The notes: generated by a model from the letters alone, not told the origin. Counted from the stretch's first letter, positions 27,950-36,713 are shown. The stretch is DNA of 64,000 nt from an uncultured Bacteroidota bacterium (GCA_963733535.1 CAVTDR010000006.1:1505348-1569347), one strand, 5' to 3'. Numbers and translations: made by a program.

Positions 27950-28036
27950 CACACTGTTTATTAAATTGTTATTAAAACTATCTTTATGAATAATTCGACC
28001 AAAAACGTAGAATGGTCGAAATATGTACAAAAAATT

Positions 28037-28621
28037 TTATTTCTTCATAATGCCGTAAAAAAGAACATTTAACAGGCTTTCCAATTGATTTTCAGCATAT
28101 TTTCTTTTGCTTGACCAGAACATGGGGACTTCTATTCCTTTCAGGGCAGTAAAAATGGCAATAGCAGCAAGTTCTGTATCCTCAATACGAAAATCGCCCA
28201 ATGCAACACCTTCATCCAGAATATCCTGGAGCATGTGAATTTCTTTCAGATCGTATTTGTTCCTGATTTTCTCAATAAAATCAAAGTGACTATAGGCTTC
28301 CGACTGGATTACAGAATAGAAATTGGAAACCTTTCTGAAGGTTTTCATGCGGGTTAGCACATAGGCTTTCAATTTATCAGCAGAATTATTAAGCCGGGAC
28401 AACGCCTTAATTACCTCCTGACGTAAAAATTCAGCTTCAAATTCTAGTACAGCCTGATAAATTTCTTCTTTGCTTTTGAAATAATAATAGATAGAACTTT
28501 TCCCTTTGCCGAGCGATTGGGCAATTTCGTCCATGGTAGCCTTTTTATAGCCAAACTTATCGAAAATGCTTCGGGAAGCTTCGATAATCTGATCTCTTAT
28601 ATCGTTTTTATCAACGGACAT
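28037..28621 (-). CDS. TetR/AcrR family transcriptional regulator
   Basis: The N-terminal HTH is IIEASRSIFDKFGYKKATMDEIAQSLGKGKSSIYYYFKSKEEI. It is the first gene of the efflux operon. Confidence 0.85.
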   Translation of the reverse strand: MSVDKNDIRDQIIEASRSIFDKFGYKKATMDEIAQSLGKGKSSIYYYFKSKEEIYQAVLEFEAEFLRQEVIKALSRLNNSADKLKAYVLTRMKTFRKVSNFYSVIQSEAYSHFDFIEKIRNKYDLKEIHMLQDILDEGVALGDFRIEDTELAAIAIFTALKGIEVPMFWSSKRKYAENQLESLLNVLFYGIMKK

Positions 28622-28638
28622 TTATCTATTCGACTAAA

Positions 28639-28661
28639 ATACTTTAACGGTCCAAAAGTAT
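28639..28661 (-). promoter_or_regulatory. Candidate promoter -7 box overlapped by an inverted repeat (possible TetR operator)
   Basis: On the minus strand, TACTTTTG (plus 28653-28660) fits TAnnTTTG and lies 32 nt upstream of the TetR ATG. The inverted repeat ATACTTT-N9-AAAGTAT (28639-28661) spans it. Confidence 0.4.
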
Positions 28662-28743
28662 AAACAATTTTTCACTCAACAAAGTATTTCATAAAATATT
28701 TTTCGTATGATCGAATTAATTGTTCGAAAAGTACACTGACTGC

Positions 28744-28799
28744 TGATTGGTGATTGGTATTCGGTATTCGGTATTCGGTATTCGATATTCGGTGTTTGG
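28744..28799. repeat. Tandem heptanucleotide array, 8 units (TGATTGG x2, TATTCGG x3, TATTCGA, TATTCGG, TGTTTGG)
   Basis: I read the units directly. They start at 28744, 28751, 28758, 28765, 28772, 28779, 28786 and 28793. Confidence 0.95.
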
Positions 28800-28820
28800 T
28801 TCCTTTTTGACATTTACCAT

Positions 28821-28903
28821 ACCGTTTACTGATTACCGTTTACTGATTACCGTTTACTGATTACCGTTTACTGATTACCGTTTACTGATTACTGATTACT
28901 GAT
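28821..28903. repeat. Tandem 14-mer array (ACCGTTTACTGATT x5) followed by two extra ACTGAT(T) half-units
   Basis: I read five perfect 14-nt copies at 28821-28890, then ACTGATT (28891-28897) and ACTGAT (28898-28903). The array starts 23 nt downstream of the GT9 gene stop on the minus strand. Confidence 0.95.
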
Positions 28904-28926
28904 GGCTGCCTGCTGCTCGCCGACCG

Positions 28927-29916
28927 CTATGGCTCCATCAATCCTGATTTCTTCAGTATATCATCAATGCTGATTTCGGAACATTTAAAATGGTGCAATG
29001 GACATTCTCTTTTACCATGCAATCCACATGGCCTGCATTCTAATTTCTCCGAAGTTTCCAGAATGATACCGGAATCTGATAACGGGCCAAAACCAAATTC
29101 CCGCACAGTGGAACAGAATATAACGCCAACCGGAGCATTTGCGGCAGAAGCAAAATGTGCAGGAGCTGAGTCGTTGGTAAATGTAAATTTTGCATGTTTA
29201 ATTAAGGCAACGGATTGCAAAAAGCTGAGTTTTCCGGCCGATACAATTACACCTTCCCTATTGGTCCTTGCCTGAATTGACTCACACAAGGGCACATCTT
29301 CCGGTCCTCCGATCAGATGAATTTTGTAGGAACCGGGAATCCTGGAAATCAGAGCACACCAATTTTCAACGGGCCACATTTTGGTAAACCAGGTAGATGC
29401 CGGAGCCATGCAAATATATTCATAACCTGCAGGCACCGTTTCTTCATCTTTATCGGAAGGATACAACCGGGGCCTTACAAAAGTTGAATCGGTGATATGT
29501 TCTATCAGCCGGATATTTCTTTCCACTTCATGTACCAGATGATCTTTGGAGATCACATGCTTTACCTTCCGGGTATAAAACATCGAAAGGGGGTTTTTAT
29601 CGAATCCGATCTTTACTTTTCCTTTGGAAAAACAGGTGATCAGACCGGTAGTAATAAAGCGGTGTACATTAATTACATAATCATAAGATTGCGCACGGAT
29701 ATTTCGAATCAGAGGAATCAGATTCCTGATTTTTCTTTTTTTATCAAAGATCAAAACCGTATGAACATGGGGGTGTCCATCGAACAGGGATTGATTGCCT
29801 TTACGAACCAGCACGTCAATACGGCATTCCGGATAGCGGATTTTCAGTTTCTCAATAAGGGGAGTAACTAAAACCACATCCCCCACAAAAGCGGTTTGTA
29901 TAATAAGTATTTTCAT
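28927..29916 (-). CDS. Glycosyltransferase family 9 (heptosyltransferase-like) protein
   Basis: The tracked ORF is 28927..30033. The likely start is MKILIIQTAFVGDVVLVTPLIEKLK at 29916. The GT9 N-terminal motif and the C-terminal ...NDSAPAHFASA block support the call. Confidence 0.8.
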   Translation of the reverse strand: MKILIIQTAFVGDVVLVTPLIEKLKIRYPECRIDVLVRKGNQSLFDGHPHVHTVLIFDKKRKIRNLIPLIRNIRAQSYDYVINVHRFITTGLITCFSKGKVKIGFDKNPLSMFYTRKVKHVISKDHLVHEVERNIRLIEHITDSTFVRPRLYPSDKDEETVPAGYEYICMAPASTWFTKMWPVENWCALISRIPGSYKIHLIGGPEDVPLCESIQARTNREGVIVSAGKLSFLQSVALIKHAKFTFTNDSAPAHFASAANAPVGVIFCSTVREFGFGPLSDSGIILETSEKLECRPCGLHGKRECPLHHFKCSEISIDDILKKSGLMEP

Positions 29917-30068
29917 GGGAAATACGAACCTCGTTTTTAAGCGACTAAAGATACTTCCTACTGTAATCAATTCAATCAATTCGCGTGATTTTTTTAAACA
30001 GGTGGGTACGAAAGAACAATATCCCGGATTCACGAATTCCGGAATGACAAATTCTGATTTGCTTTTTA

Positions 30069-30076
30069 TACATTTG
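30069..30076 (+). promoter_or_regulatory. Candidate -7 promoter box (TAnnTTTG)
   Basis: TACATTTG lies 65 nt upstream of the aldolase-like gene ATG (30141). Confidence 0.35.
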
Positions 30077-30140
30077 GCATATTGATTTCAGGTTATAAAC
30101 TGCCTAAATATTTTCCCCAACTCCTTGATGGAATTAAAGT

Positions 30141-31091
30141 ATGTATAAAGAAGAAATAAAAGTAATGGACTGTACCATCAGAGACGGTGGTCTTATGAAT
30201 CATTGGCAATTTGATGATGACTTTGTTCGGACCATTTACCATTCATGTGTTGAAGCAGGTGTTGATTATATGGAAATTGGCTATAAAAGCAGCGATAAAT
30301 CCTATTCAAGAACTGAAAATGGTCCCTGGAAATTTTGTGACGAGGCAGATATTCGCCGCATAGTGGGAGAAAACAAAACAAACACCAAAATCTCGGTTAT
30401 GATTGATATAGGCCGGATAGAACTGGATTCTATCCCTCCTAAAAGTGAGAGTATAATTGATATGATCCGGGTTGCGTGTTACGTGCATCAGATTGACAAG
30501 GCCATTGACCATGCACACCATTGTCTGGATAAGGGTTATGAAGTTTCCATAAACCTGATGTCTGTTTCCAAAGTGTTGGATATTGATTTGGATGAGGCCT
30601 TGAAAGATATTGGCAAATCCAGGGTCACTAATCTTTATCTGGTAGATAGTTTTGGCAGTCTGCATTGTGAGCAGATAGAGGTACTTATGAAGAAATATGT
30701 GATGGCTTTACCCGGCAAAAACATTGGTATTCATGCCCACAATAATATGCAACTGGCTTTCTCAAATACCATAACGGCCATCATTAACGGCGCTACCATG
30801 CTTGATGCAACATTCCTGGGTTTAGGCCGTGGTGCAGGAAACTGCCCTATGGAATGCCTCATCGCCTTTTTGAAGAATCCCAAATACAGATTACTTCCTG
30901 TTTTAGATGGGATACAGAAAAAAGTACTGCCACTGCAAAAAGAAATATCCTGGGGATACCATATTCCTTATTTAATCAGTGGTTTCATGAATGAGCATCC
31001 GAAAGATTCTATGGAATGGATGGAAAGCGATAGAAGAGATGATTTTGTGGGATTCCTGAGAAAAATGCATGATAAAGAAATTCTTGAATAA
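30141..31091 (+). CDS. HMGL-like / DRE-TIM aldolase (pyruvate carboxyltransferase domain) protein
   Basis: It contains VMDCTIRDGG, DSFGSL and IGIHAHNNMQLAFSNT, which are metal- and substrate-binding motifs of the HMGL-like family. Confidence 0.75.
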   Translation: MYKEEIKVMDCTIRDGGLMNHWQFDDDFVRTIYHSCVEAGVDYMEIGYKSSDKSYSRTENGPWKFCDEADIRRIVGENKTNTKISVMIDIGRIELDSIPPKSESIIDMIRVACYVHQIDKAIDHAHHCLDKGYEVSINLMSVSKVLDIDLDEALKDIGKSRVTNLYLVDSFGSLHCEQIEVLMKKYVMALPGKNIGIHAHNNMQLAFSNTITAIINGATMLDATFLGLGRGAGNCPMECLIAFLKNPKYRLLPVLDGIQKKVLPLQKEISWGYHIPYLISGFMNEHPKDSMEWMESDRRDDFVGFLRKMHDKEILE

Positions 31092-31127
31092 AAAAATGTC
31101 ACCTGTTGTTTAATCTTTCATGAATCT

Positions 31128-32183
31128 ATGAGAACATTATACCCAATTGTGAGTTTGCTGATGATCCTTTCAGCCTGTAGCAAAAAAGTGAATGTTGATC
31201 CTTCCATTTATCCGGATAACCCGAATATTTTTTATACTGGGAGATTTGACTTCAGCGATTCTGCCAGACCGGTTTTTATGTATTCCGGCTGCGCCATTGT
31301 CATCGATTTTACAGGCTCATCCATATCCATTATGATGAAGGATGATAGTCTGAGAAATTATTTTACTGTTGTATTGGATGATTCCAGTTTTGTGCTGCAA
31401 ACCAACCGTACCGACAGCACTTATTTGCTGGCCAAGGGTTTGAACAACACGCGTCATCATTTGATTGTTTGGCGGCGCACGGAATGGCATGGTGGAAATA
31501 CTACATTTTTGGGATTCAAGGTGGATTCCGGTGCATCCGTAATTAAACCTCAAATTCCTGCCCGAAAATTGGAATTTATTGGTGATTCATATACATGCGG
31601 TTATGGCAACGAAGGTGCGGAACCTCAGGAAGATTTCAAGTACGAAACAGAAAATAATTATATGTCTTATGGTGCGATTACTGCACGGGCTCTGAACGCA
31701 CAATATCTGGCTGTATGCCGTTCAGGCATCGGTATTATCCAAGGTTATGGCGGTTTTAAAGGATTTACCATGCCCAGGTATTACAATGAGGTGATCAATG
31801 ACAGTACAAGGCAGTGGGATTTTACTAAGTACATTCCTGATGCCGTTGTAATTGTTCTGGGAGGAAACGACCTGTCGGTGGCATTGGATTCCTCTGCGTT
31901 TGTGAAAGAATATGTTCGGTTTGTTCAGCGGATCCGGCTGAATTATTCCGATGCTCAAATTATTTGTGTGGCCGGACCTGCTGATGCAGGAAAAAAATTC
32001 AATACGTGGAGTAACATGATCCATGCCATAGTAAATGAAACGCAAAAAAATGATCCGCGTGTTCATTATTTCGAATTCTCCACTTTTTACATGCATGGCA
32101 GCGATTACCATCCCAATATTGCAGAACATAACAACATGGCAGTTGAATTGACTGCATTTTTAAAAGAATTGTTGAAATGGTAA
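31128..32183 (+). CDS. SGNH/GDSL hydrolase lipoprotein with N-terminal beta-sandwich (CE2-like esterase layout)
   Basis: It has the lipobox MILSAC, then an N-terminal domain of about 140 aa, then FIGDSYTCGYGNEG (block I Ser) and VIVLGGND (block III). Confidence 0.7.
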   Translation: MRTLYPIVSLLMILSACSKKVNVDPSIYPDNPNIFYTGRFDFSDSARPVFMYSGCAIVIDFTGSSISIMMKDDSLRNYFTVVLDDSSFVLQTNRTDSTYLLAKGLNNTRHHLIVWRRTEWHGGNTTFLGFKVDSGASVIKPQIPARKLEFIGDSYTCGYGNEGAEPQEDFKYETENNYMSYGAITARALNAQYLAVCRSGIGIIQGYGGFKGFTMPRYYNEVINDSTRQWDFTKYIPDAVVIVLGGNDLSVALDSSAFVKEYVRFVQRIRLNYSDAQIICVAGPADAGKKFNTWSNMIHAIVNETQKNDPRVHYFEFSTFYMHGSDYHPNIAEHNNMAVELTAFLKELLKW

Positions 32184-32221
32184 TATTTAGAGAAGCAATG
32201 TTTTGCGTCTCTACTGAACAT

Positions 32222-32254
32222 AAAAAAAGCCCTGTCAAAAACAGGGCTTTTTTT
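32222..32254. terminator. Bidirectional rho-independent terminator
   Basis: The sequence is AAAAAAA-gccctgt-caaaa-acagggc-TTTTTTT. It lies between the convergent esterase (+) and hsp20 (-) genes. Confidence 0.8.
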
Positions 32255-32269
32255 ATAAGTAGTCTGCAC

Positions 32270-32704
32270 TTATGATATTTTTATTTGCCGTGCAGGTTTT
32301 TCTTTGGCTTCTTCTTTTTTTGGTATGGTAATATACAGAATTCCATCCTTGTGGGTAGCTTCAATTTTATCTGCATTTACCGTCATGGGTAATGTAAACG
32401 AACGGGTAAATGCATAATAATTGAATTCCTTCCGCATTACCTTATCTTCATTCCCTTCTTTTCTTTCTTCTCTTTCAGAATAAACAGTCAATACATTGTT
32501 TTCAAGGTCGATTTTGAAATCTTCCTTATGCAAACCGGGCGCAGCAACTTCAATTTTATAGTCATCCTTGCTTTCCAAAATATTTACAGCAGGCAGACTT
32601 TTCCTGATTTCGTTATCAAAGAATCTGGGAAACAATACATCGTTATTGAAAAATTCTTCTACCAGATTCGGCCAGGAATTTCGGGTTCTTAATGAAGGTA
32701 ACAT
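32270..32704 (-). CDS. Hsp20/alpha-crystallin family small heat-shock protein
   Basis: The 144-aa protein has an alpha-crystallin domain (PAVNILESKDDYKIEVAAPGLHKEDFKIDLENNVLTV...GILYITIPK). Confidence 0.9.
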   Translation of the reverse strand: MLPSLRTRNSWPNLVEEFFNNDVLFPRFFDNEIRKSLPAVNILESKDDYKIEVAAPGLHKEDFKIDLENNVLTVYSEREERKEGNEDKVMRKEFNYYAFTRSFTLPMTVNADKIEATHKDGILYITIPKKEEAKEKPARQIKIS

Positions 32705-32798
32705 AGCTTTTTCCTCCTCTATTTTAGTTTATTAATGTTCTTTTCATGGAGGGGAAAGCAAAATAAATACCAATCTAAAAAGCGGACAAAAAGACAGT

Positions 32799-32830
32799 AA
32801 AAACTGTCAATTAGGCAGACATATTGACAG
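32799..32830 (-). terminator. Rho-independent terminator downstream of dsbD
   Basis: On the minus strand, ctgtcaat-atgtctgccta-attgacag forms an 8-bp perfect stem followed by TTTTT. It starts about 24 nt after the dsbD stop. Confidence 0.6.
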
Positions 32831-32853
32831 GCTATCTTTTATAACTATTGCTG

Positions 32854-34848
32854 TCAGGGATTTTTCAGGGCAGACTCCAACCAACGGATGAATTTTTCAG
32901 GATCAGGATCATAGGTAGAGTATCCTTGCGATAAGGTATTGCCGTTACCATCTACCACTGCATATAGCGGCAATGCATTGGAATTGAATTTGTTAATTTG
33001 TAGCAGTTGATTCTTTTTTCCCAGTGTTTTTATTTTTGTACCGGAAATGGAATCTGTTTCAATTACAGGCAAGGCTGTTTTATCGTCGGTGTATAAGGCA
33101 GCGATAATAAATTTTTGTTGAAGCAGGGTGAGAACACGCGGATCTGAGAAAACCTCTGCATACATTTTTTTGCAATTCGCGCAGGTATGACCTACAAAAT
33201 CAACCAGAACAGGTTTGTTTTTTTCTTTTGCACAGGCCAGAGCCTCTTCATAATCGAAATAACCTTCAAGTCCATGAGGTAGTTGAAGAAATTCGCTATA
33301 AGAGGGTATACTGCAAAGGTCTGAAGGCTGTCCGGCAGCTATCATTGAAGTATTCTGATTTTTTCCTGCAGGAGGAAGTATGGTGGAAAATGCTTTGAGC
33401 GGATTTCCCAAAATACCTGTGAATAGATACAAGGCAAAAGAAAAACTGATGACTGATAAGAGGAAACGTGGGAAACCTGTATGTTCTGAAGGAGCGTCAT
33501 TTTCGAAGCGTATTTTTCCCAGCAGATAAAGGCCCAAAAGAATGAAAATCACAATCCATATGCTTAAAAACAATTCGCGACTCAGCAGTCCAAGGTGATA
33601 GGATTGATCGATTTTTGCCAGGAAATATAAGGCAAAGGCCAGCATGATAAAGGCAAAAAATACTTTAATGGAATTCATCCATCCGCCAGATTTTGGAAGC
33701 ATTTTCAATCCGGAGGGAAAAATGGCAAAGAGGGTAAAGGGCAATGCGAAGGTTATGGCGAAACCTGCCATTCCTATGATAGGTTCTAGAACATCACCCT
33801 GGGAAGCCTGTATCAATAAACCGGCTATGATGGGTCCGGTGCATGAAAAAGAAAGAACCGCCATGGCAAGTGCCATAAAAAAAGCTCCGGTATAGCCACC
33901 CTGATCTGCTTTCTGATCGAGTTTATTTCCGATTCCACTGGGAAGCATAATTTCAAACATCCCAAAAAATGAAGCAGACAATGCAAGGAAGACGAGGAAG
34001 AAAACAAGATTCGTGATCCAATGGGTGGTTACATCATTTATGGCATTGGGATTTTTGAGAAGCGCTACTACAACTCCGATTAAAGTATAGAGAAACACAA
34101 TGGAGAGTCCAAAAACCAGGGCTTCAGATATAGCCCTTGACCGGGTTTTTGATCCCCGCAGGAAATAAGAAACCGTTAGAGGGATCATCGGGTAAACACA
34201 CGGTGTAGCAAGTCCCCCCAATCCCAACAGCAGCGAAATAAAGAAAACCTTCCACAATGATTTTTTTGGAGCAGATGGTGTGGAAATCACAGGCTGTTCG
34301 TCATTATTTTGCGCAGCAGATTGATTCGTATCATTTTGTGCAGTAGCAGAATCGGTATCCAATGCCGAAATGCCTGAGTCCACAGTGTTTCCGGGTTTTC
34401 CTCCGAATTTGAATTCAAAGGCTGCATCACCGAGTATACATTGCATATCGCTGCAAGTCTGGTAATTTAAGGTACCTGTTACAAGGATGCTATCGTTGCT
34501 GGTTTTTCTTATTCTTTGTGTTATGGTGGCCTTATCGCTGTGCAATTCCACTTTCATACCGAAAATTTCATCATCCACAAGATTTGGTTTTGGGGATTGC
34601 CGTGGTTTTCCAACCAGTTCAAAACCAGTGGTATTTTCAAATGAGATGGAGAATGGAACAGGGCCTCCTTCGTTGATATTGAGACCATACATGTGCCAGG
34701 GACGGGAAATGGTGGCTTTAAAAATCAGATCCACCTGATCCGGATTTACATTTTTGGTTTCAAAAGTCCATTGGACCGGATTAATAATTTGTGCAGAAAG
34801 CGCAGATGCAAATATGATTAGAAGCGAAAAAACAGAAAGACGTTTCAT
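32854..34848 (-). CDS. dsbD: Thiol:disulfide interchange protein DsbD family
   Basis: It has a signal peptide plus N-terminal periplasmic domain and a central TM domain with CVYPMIPLT and ...SFSCTGPII. The C-terminal thioredoxin fold carries CANC. Confidence 0.85.
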   Translation of the reverse strand: MKRLSVFSLLIIFASALSAQIINPVQWTFETKNVNPDQVDLIFKATISRPWHMYGLNINEGGPVPFSISFENTTGFELVGKPRQSPKPNLVDDEIFGMKVELHSDKATITQRIRKTSNDSILVTGTLNYQTCSDMQCILGDAAFEFKFGGKPGNTVDSGISALDTDSATAQNDTNQSAAQNNDEQPVISTPSAPKKSLWKVFFISLLLGLGGLATPCVYPMIPLTVSYFLRGSKTRSRAISEALVFGLSIVFLYTLIGVVVALLKNPNAINDVTTHWITNLVFFLVFLALSASFFGMFEIMLPSGIGNKLDQKADQGGYTGAFFMALAMAVLSFSCTGPIIAGLLIQASQGDVLEPIIGMAGFAITFALPFTLFAIFPSGLKMLPKSGGWMNSIKVFFAFIMLAFALYFLAKIDQSYHLGLLSRELFLSIWIVIFILLGLYLLGKIRFENDAPSEHTGFPRFLLSVISFSFALYLFTGILGNPLKAFSTILPPAGKNQNTSMIAAGQPSDLCSIPSYSEFLQLPHGLEGYFDYEEALACAKEKNKPVLVDFVGHTCANCKKMYAEVFSDPRVLTLLQQKFIIAALYTDDKTALPVIETDSISGTKIKTLGKKNQLLQINKFNSNALPLYAVVDGNGNTLSQGYSTYDPDPEKFIRWLESALKNP

Positions 34849-34937
34849 TTAGATCCGGTTTAGTGAATACAAATTTAAATGAAAATGAGCAATCTTTTTA
34901 CCGGATTTTCAACCGGATTTTTCAGGATTAAACAGTG

Positions 34938-36485
34938 TTAAATGATTTCTTCTCCTTTGGAATCAAACAGGTGATATTCCAGAAAATCATAAGAAGAAAT
35001 GGGAATCACTTTAATGCGGACCCCAAGCTGAAAGCGCCATCTGAAACTTAATGGAATGATTCCTTTTTTCAGATATGCAGCCACATAAGGATGCAATTTA
35101 ATGGTTATAACTTTGCGTTTCTCTTTTTCCAGCAAGGAAGTAATGTGGTTCTCAATTTTATCGATATATAATATACTGGGTGAAATTTCGCCGGTACCGT
35201 TGCAAGTTGGGCATTTTTCAGTAGTGCTGATGTGCATTTCAGGACGAACACGCTGACGGGTTATTTGCATTAGTCCAAATTTACTCAACGGCAGGATGCT
35301 GTGTTTTGCCCTGTCGTTTTCCATGGCCTGCTTTATTTTTTCATTCACCTTTTGGCGATGTTCGCTCGATTGCATATCGATAAAATCGATAACAATGATT
35401 CCGCCCATATCCCTGAGACGCAGCTGTCGGGCAATTTCTTCAGCGGCAGCCAGATTGGTTTCAAAGGCATTGCTTTCCTGGTTGTTTACTGATTTAGAAC
35501 GATTGCCACTATTCACATCAATTACGTGAAGGGCTTCTGTGTGTTCAATAATCAAATAAGCACCGTTTTTAAAGGAAACGGTTTTGCCAAATGAAGATTT
35601 AATTTGCTTTTCAACCCCAAAATGCTCGAAAATCGGAATCGTTCCTTTATGGAGCTTTACAATCTTTTCTTTTTCAGGGGCAATGGTGTTGATATAATCT
35701 TTTATTTCCCTGAAAATAGTTTCTTCATCAACCGTAATGCTGTTAAATGAAACACTCAGGATATCTCTCAATATGGCAGAGGTACGATTGATCTCACCAA
35801 TAAAAAGATAGGGAGGTTTTACGCCGCGCAGTGAATCAAAAGCCATTTCCCACTTTCTGATAAGGCCTCGTAATTCTATATCGAGATCTCTTACTTTTTT
35901 ACCTTCAGCAACTGTTCTTACGATAATTCCATAGTTCTGAGGCTTGATACTTTGTATCAGTGTTTTGAGGCGGTTTCTTTCTTCAGATGATTGTATTTTC
36001 TGAGAAACGGATACCTTATCGTGGAAAGGCATGAGAACAAGATTGCGTCCTGCAATGGATATTTCAGAAGTCAGTCGGGGTCCCTTCGTGGATATGGGTT
36101 CCTTGGCAATCTGAACCATAACGAGTTGACCTTGCACCAAAACATCGGTAATGGTACCTTCCTTATCAATATCATGTTCTCTTTTAAATTTCTGAAAGGA
36201 AACAATTTTGCCTTTACGGTTTATTGTGGCATCCAGGTATTTGTGAAGCGAACGGACCTGAGGACCCAGGTCGAGATAATGCAAAAATGCATCTTTTTCA
36301 AATCCTACATCAACAAAAGCAGCATTTAACCCCGGCATTAATTTCTTTACCTTACCGATATATATATCCCCAACGGCAAACTTCGGGTTGCTTTTTTCCT
36401 TATTTAACTCAACTAATTTTTTATCCTCTAAAAGAGCTATATTAACATCACTTGTTGATGTATCAATAATCAATTCTTTGCTCAC
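34938..36485 (-). CDS. rng: Rne/Rng family ribonuclease (RNase G-like)
   Basis: The start codon is GTG. It has an S1 domain (VGDIYIGKVKKLMPGLNAAFVDVG) and an RNase E/G catalytic core (IIVIDFIDM), in 515 aa. Confidence 0.85.
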   Translation of the reverse strand: MSKELIIDTSTSDVNIALLEDKKLVELNKEKSNPKFAVGDIYIGKVKKLMPGLNAAFVDVGFEKDAFLHYLDLGPQVRSLHKYLDATINRKGKIVSFQKFKREHDIDKEGTITDVLVQGQLVMVQIAKEPISTKGPRLTSEISIAGRNLVLMPFHDKVSVSQKIQSSEERNRLKTLIQSIKPQNYGIIVRTVAEGKKVRDLDIELRGLIRKWEMAFDSLRGVKPPYLFIGEINRTSAILRDILSVSFNSITVDEETIFREIKDYINTIAPEKEKIVKLHKGTIPIFEHFGVEKQIKSSFGKTVSFKNGAYLIIEHTEALHVIDVNSGNRSKSVNNQESNAFETNLAAAEEIARQLRLRDMGGIIVIDFIDMQSSEHRQKVNEKIKQAMENDRAKHSILPLSKFGLMQITRQRVRPEMHISTTEKCPTCNGTGEISPSILYIDKIENHITSLLEKEKRKVITIKLHPYVAAYLKKGIIPLSFRWRFQLGVRIKVIPISSYDFLEYHLFDSKGEEII

Positions 36486-36553
36486 ATTTCCTATTAATTA
36501 TGAAGACAAACTGATATTACGAGCCAGAAGAATGTTCCATGGATAAACATAAT

Positions 36554-36586
36554 AAACCTAAAGTGATCCATATCCACTTTAGGTTT
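36554..36586 (-). terminator. Strong hairpin downstream of the HU / small-ORF unit (probable terminator)
   Basis: A perfect 12-bp stem, aaacctaaagtg with cactttaggttt, encloses a 9-nt loop about 30 nt after the small ORF stop. The downstream U-tract is weak (AUUAUGUUUA). Confidence 0.5.
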
Positions 36587-36617
36587 ATTTCAGCTTATAT
36601 CGTGCAATCAGAACAGA

Positions 36618-36713
36618 CTATCTGTTCTTTTTCTTATGTCTATTCTTACGCAAACGTTTTTTACGTTTGTGTGTAGCCATTTTATGTCTCTTACGCTTCT
36701 TTCCGCTTGGCAT
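36618..36713 (-). CDS. 31-aa highly basic peptide, bS22-like (AURKAIP1/COX24-type) ribosomal protein candidate
   Basis: This ORF is below the track's size cutoff. Hand translation gives MPSGKKRKRHKMATHKRKKRLRKNRHKKKNR*. The KRKRxKM..HKRKK.LRK pattern parallels mycobacterial bS22 (…[20 protein letters not shown]…) as I recall it. It lies 28 nt downstream of HU on the same strand. Confidence 0.6.
   Translation of the reverse strand: MPSGKKRKRHKMATHKRKKRLRKNRHKKKNR

Noticed and set aside
28711-28727. Short inverted repeat TCGAA-N7-TTCGA upstream of the efflux promoter, considered as the TetR operator
   Set aside because: It has only 5-bp arms and lies about 55 nt upstream of the -7 box. The ATACTTT-N9-AAAGTAT repeat overlapping the promoter is the better candidate.
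28716-28820. 34-codon minus-strand ORF (MVNVKKEPNTEYRIPNTEYRIPITNQQSVYFSNN) running through the heptamer array
   Set aside because: The frame is open only because the TATTCGG heptamer lacks stop codons. The peptide repeat is a by-product of the 7-nt period (21 nt = 7 aa), and there is no supporting context.
28744-28903. Possibility that the repeat block is a CRISPR array
   Set aside because: The units are 7 and 14 nt and directly abut with no spacers. No cas genes are present and there is no leader-like structure. It is a satellite or tandem repeat, not CRISPR.
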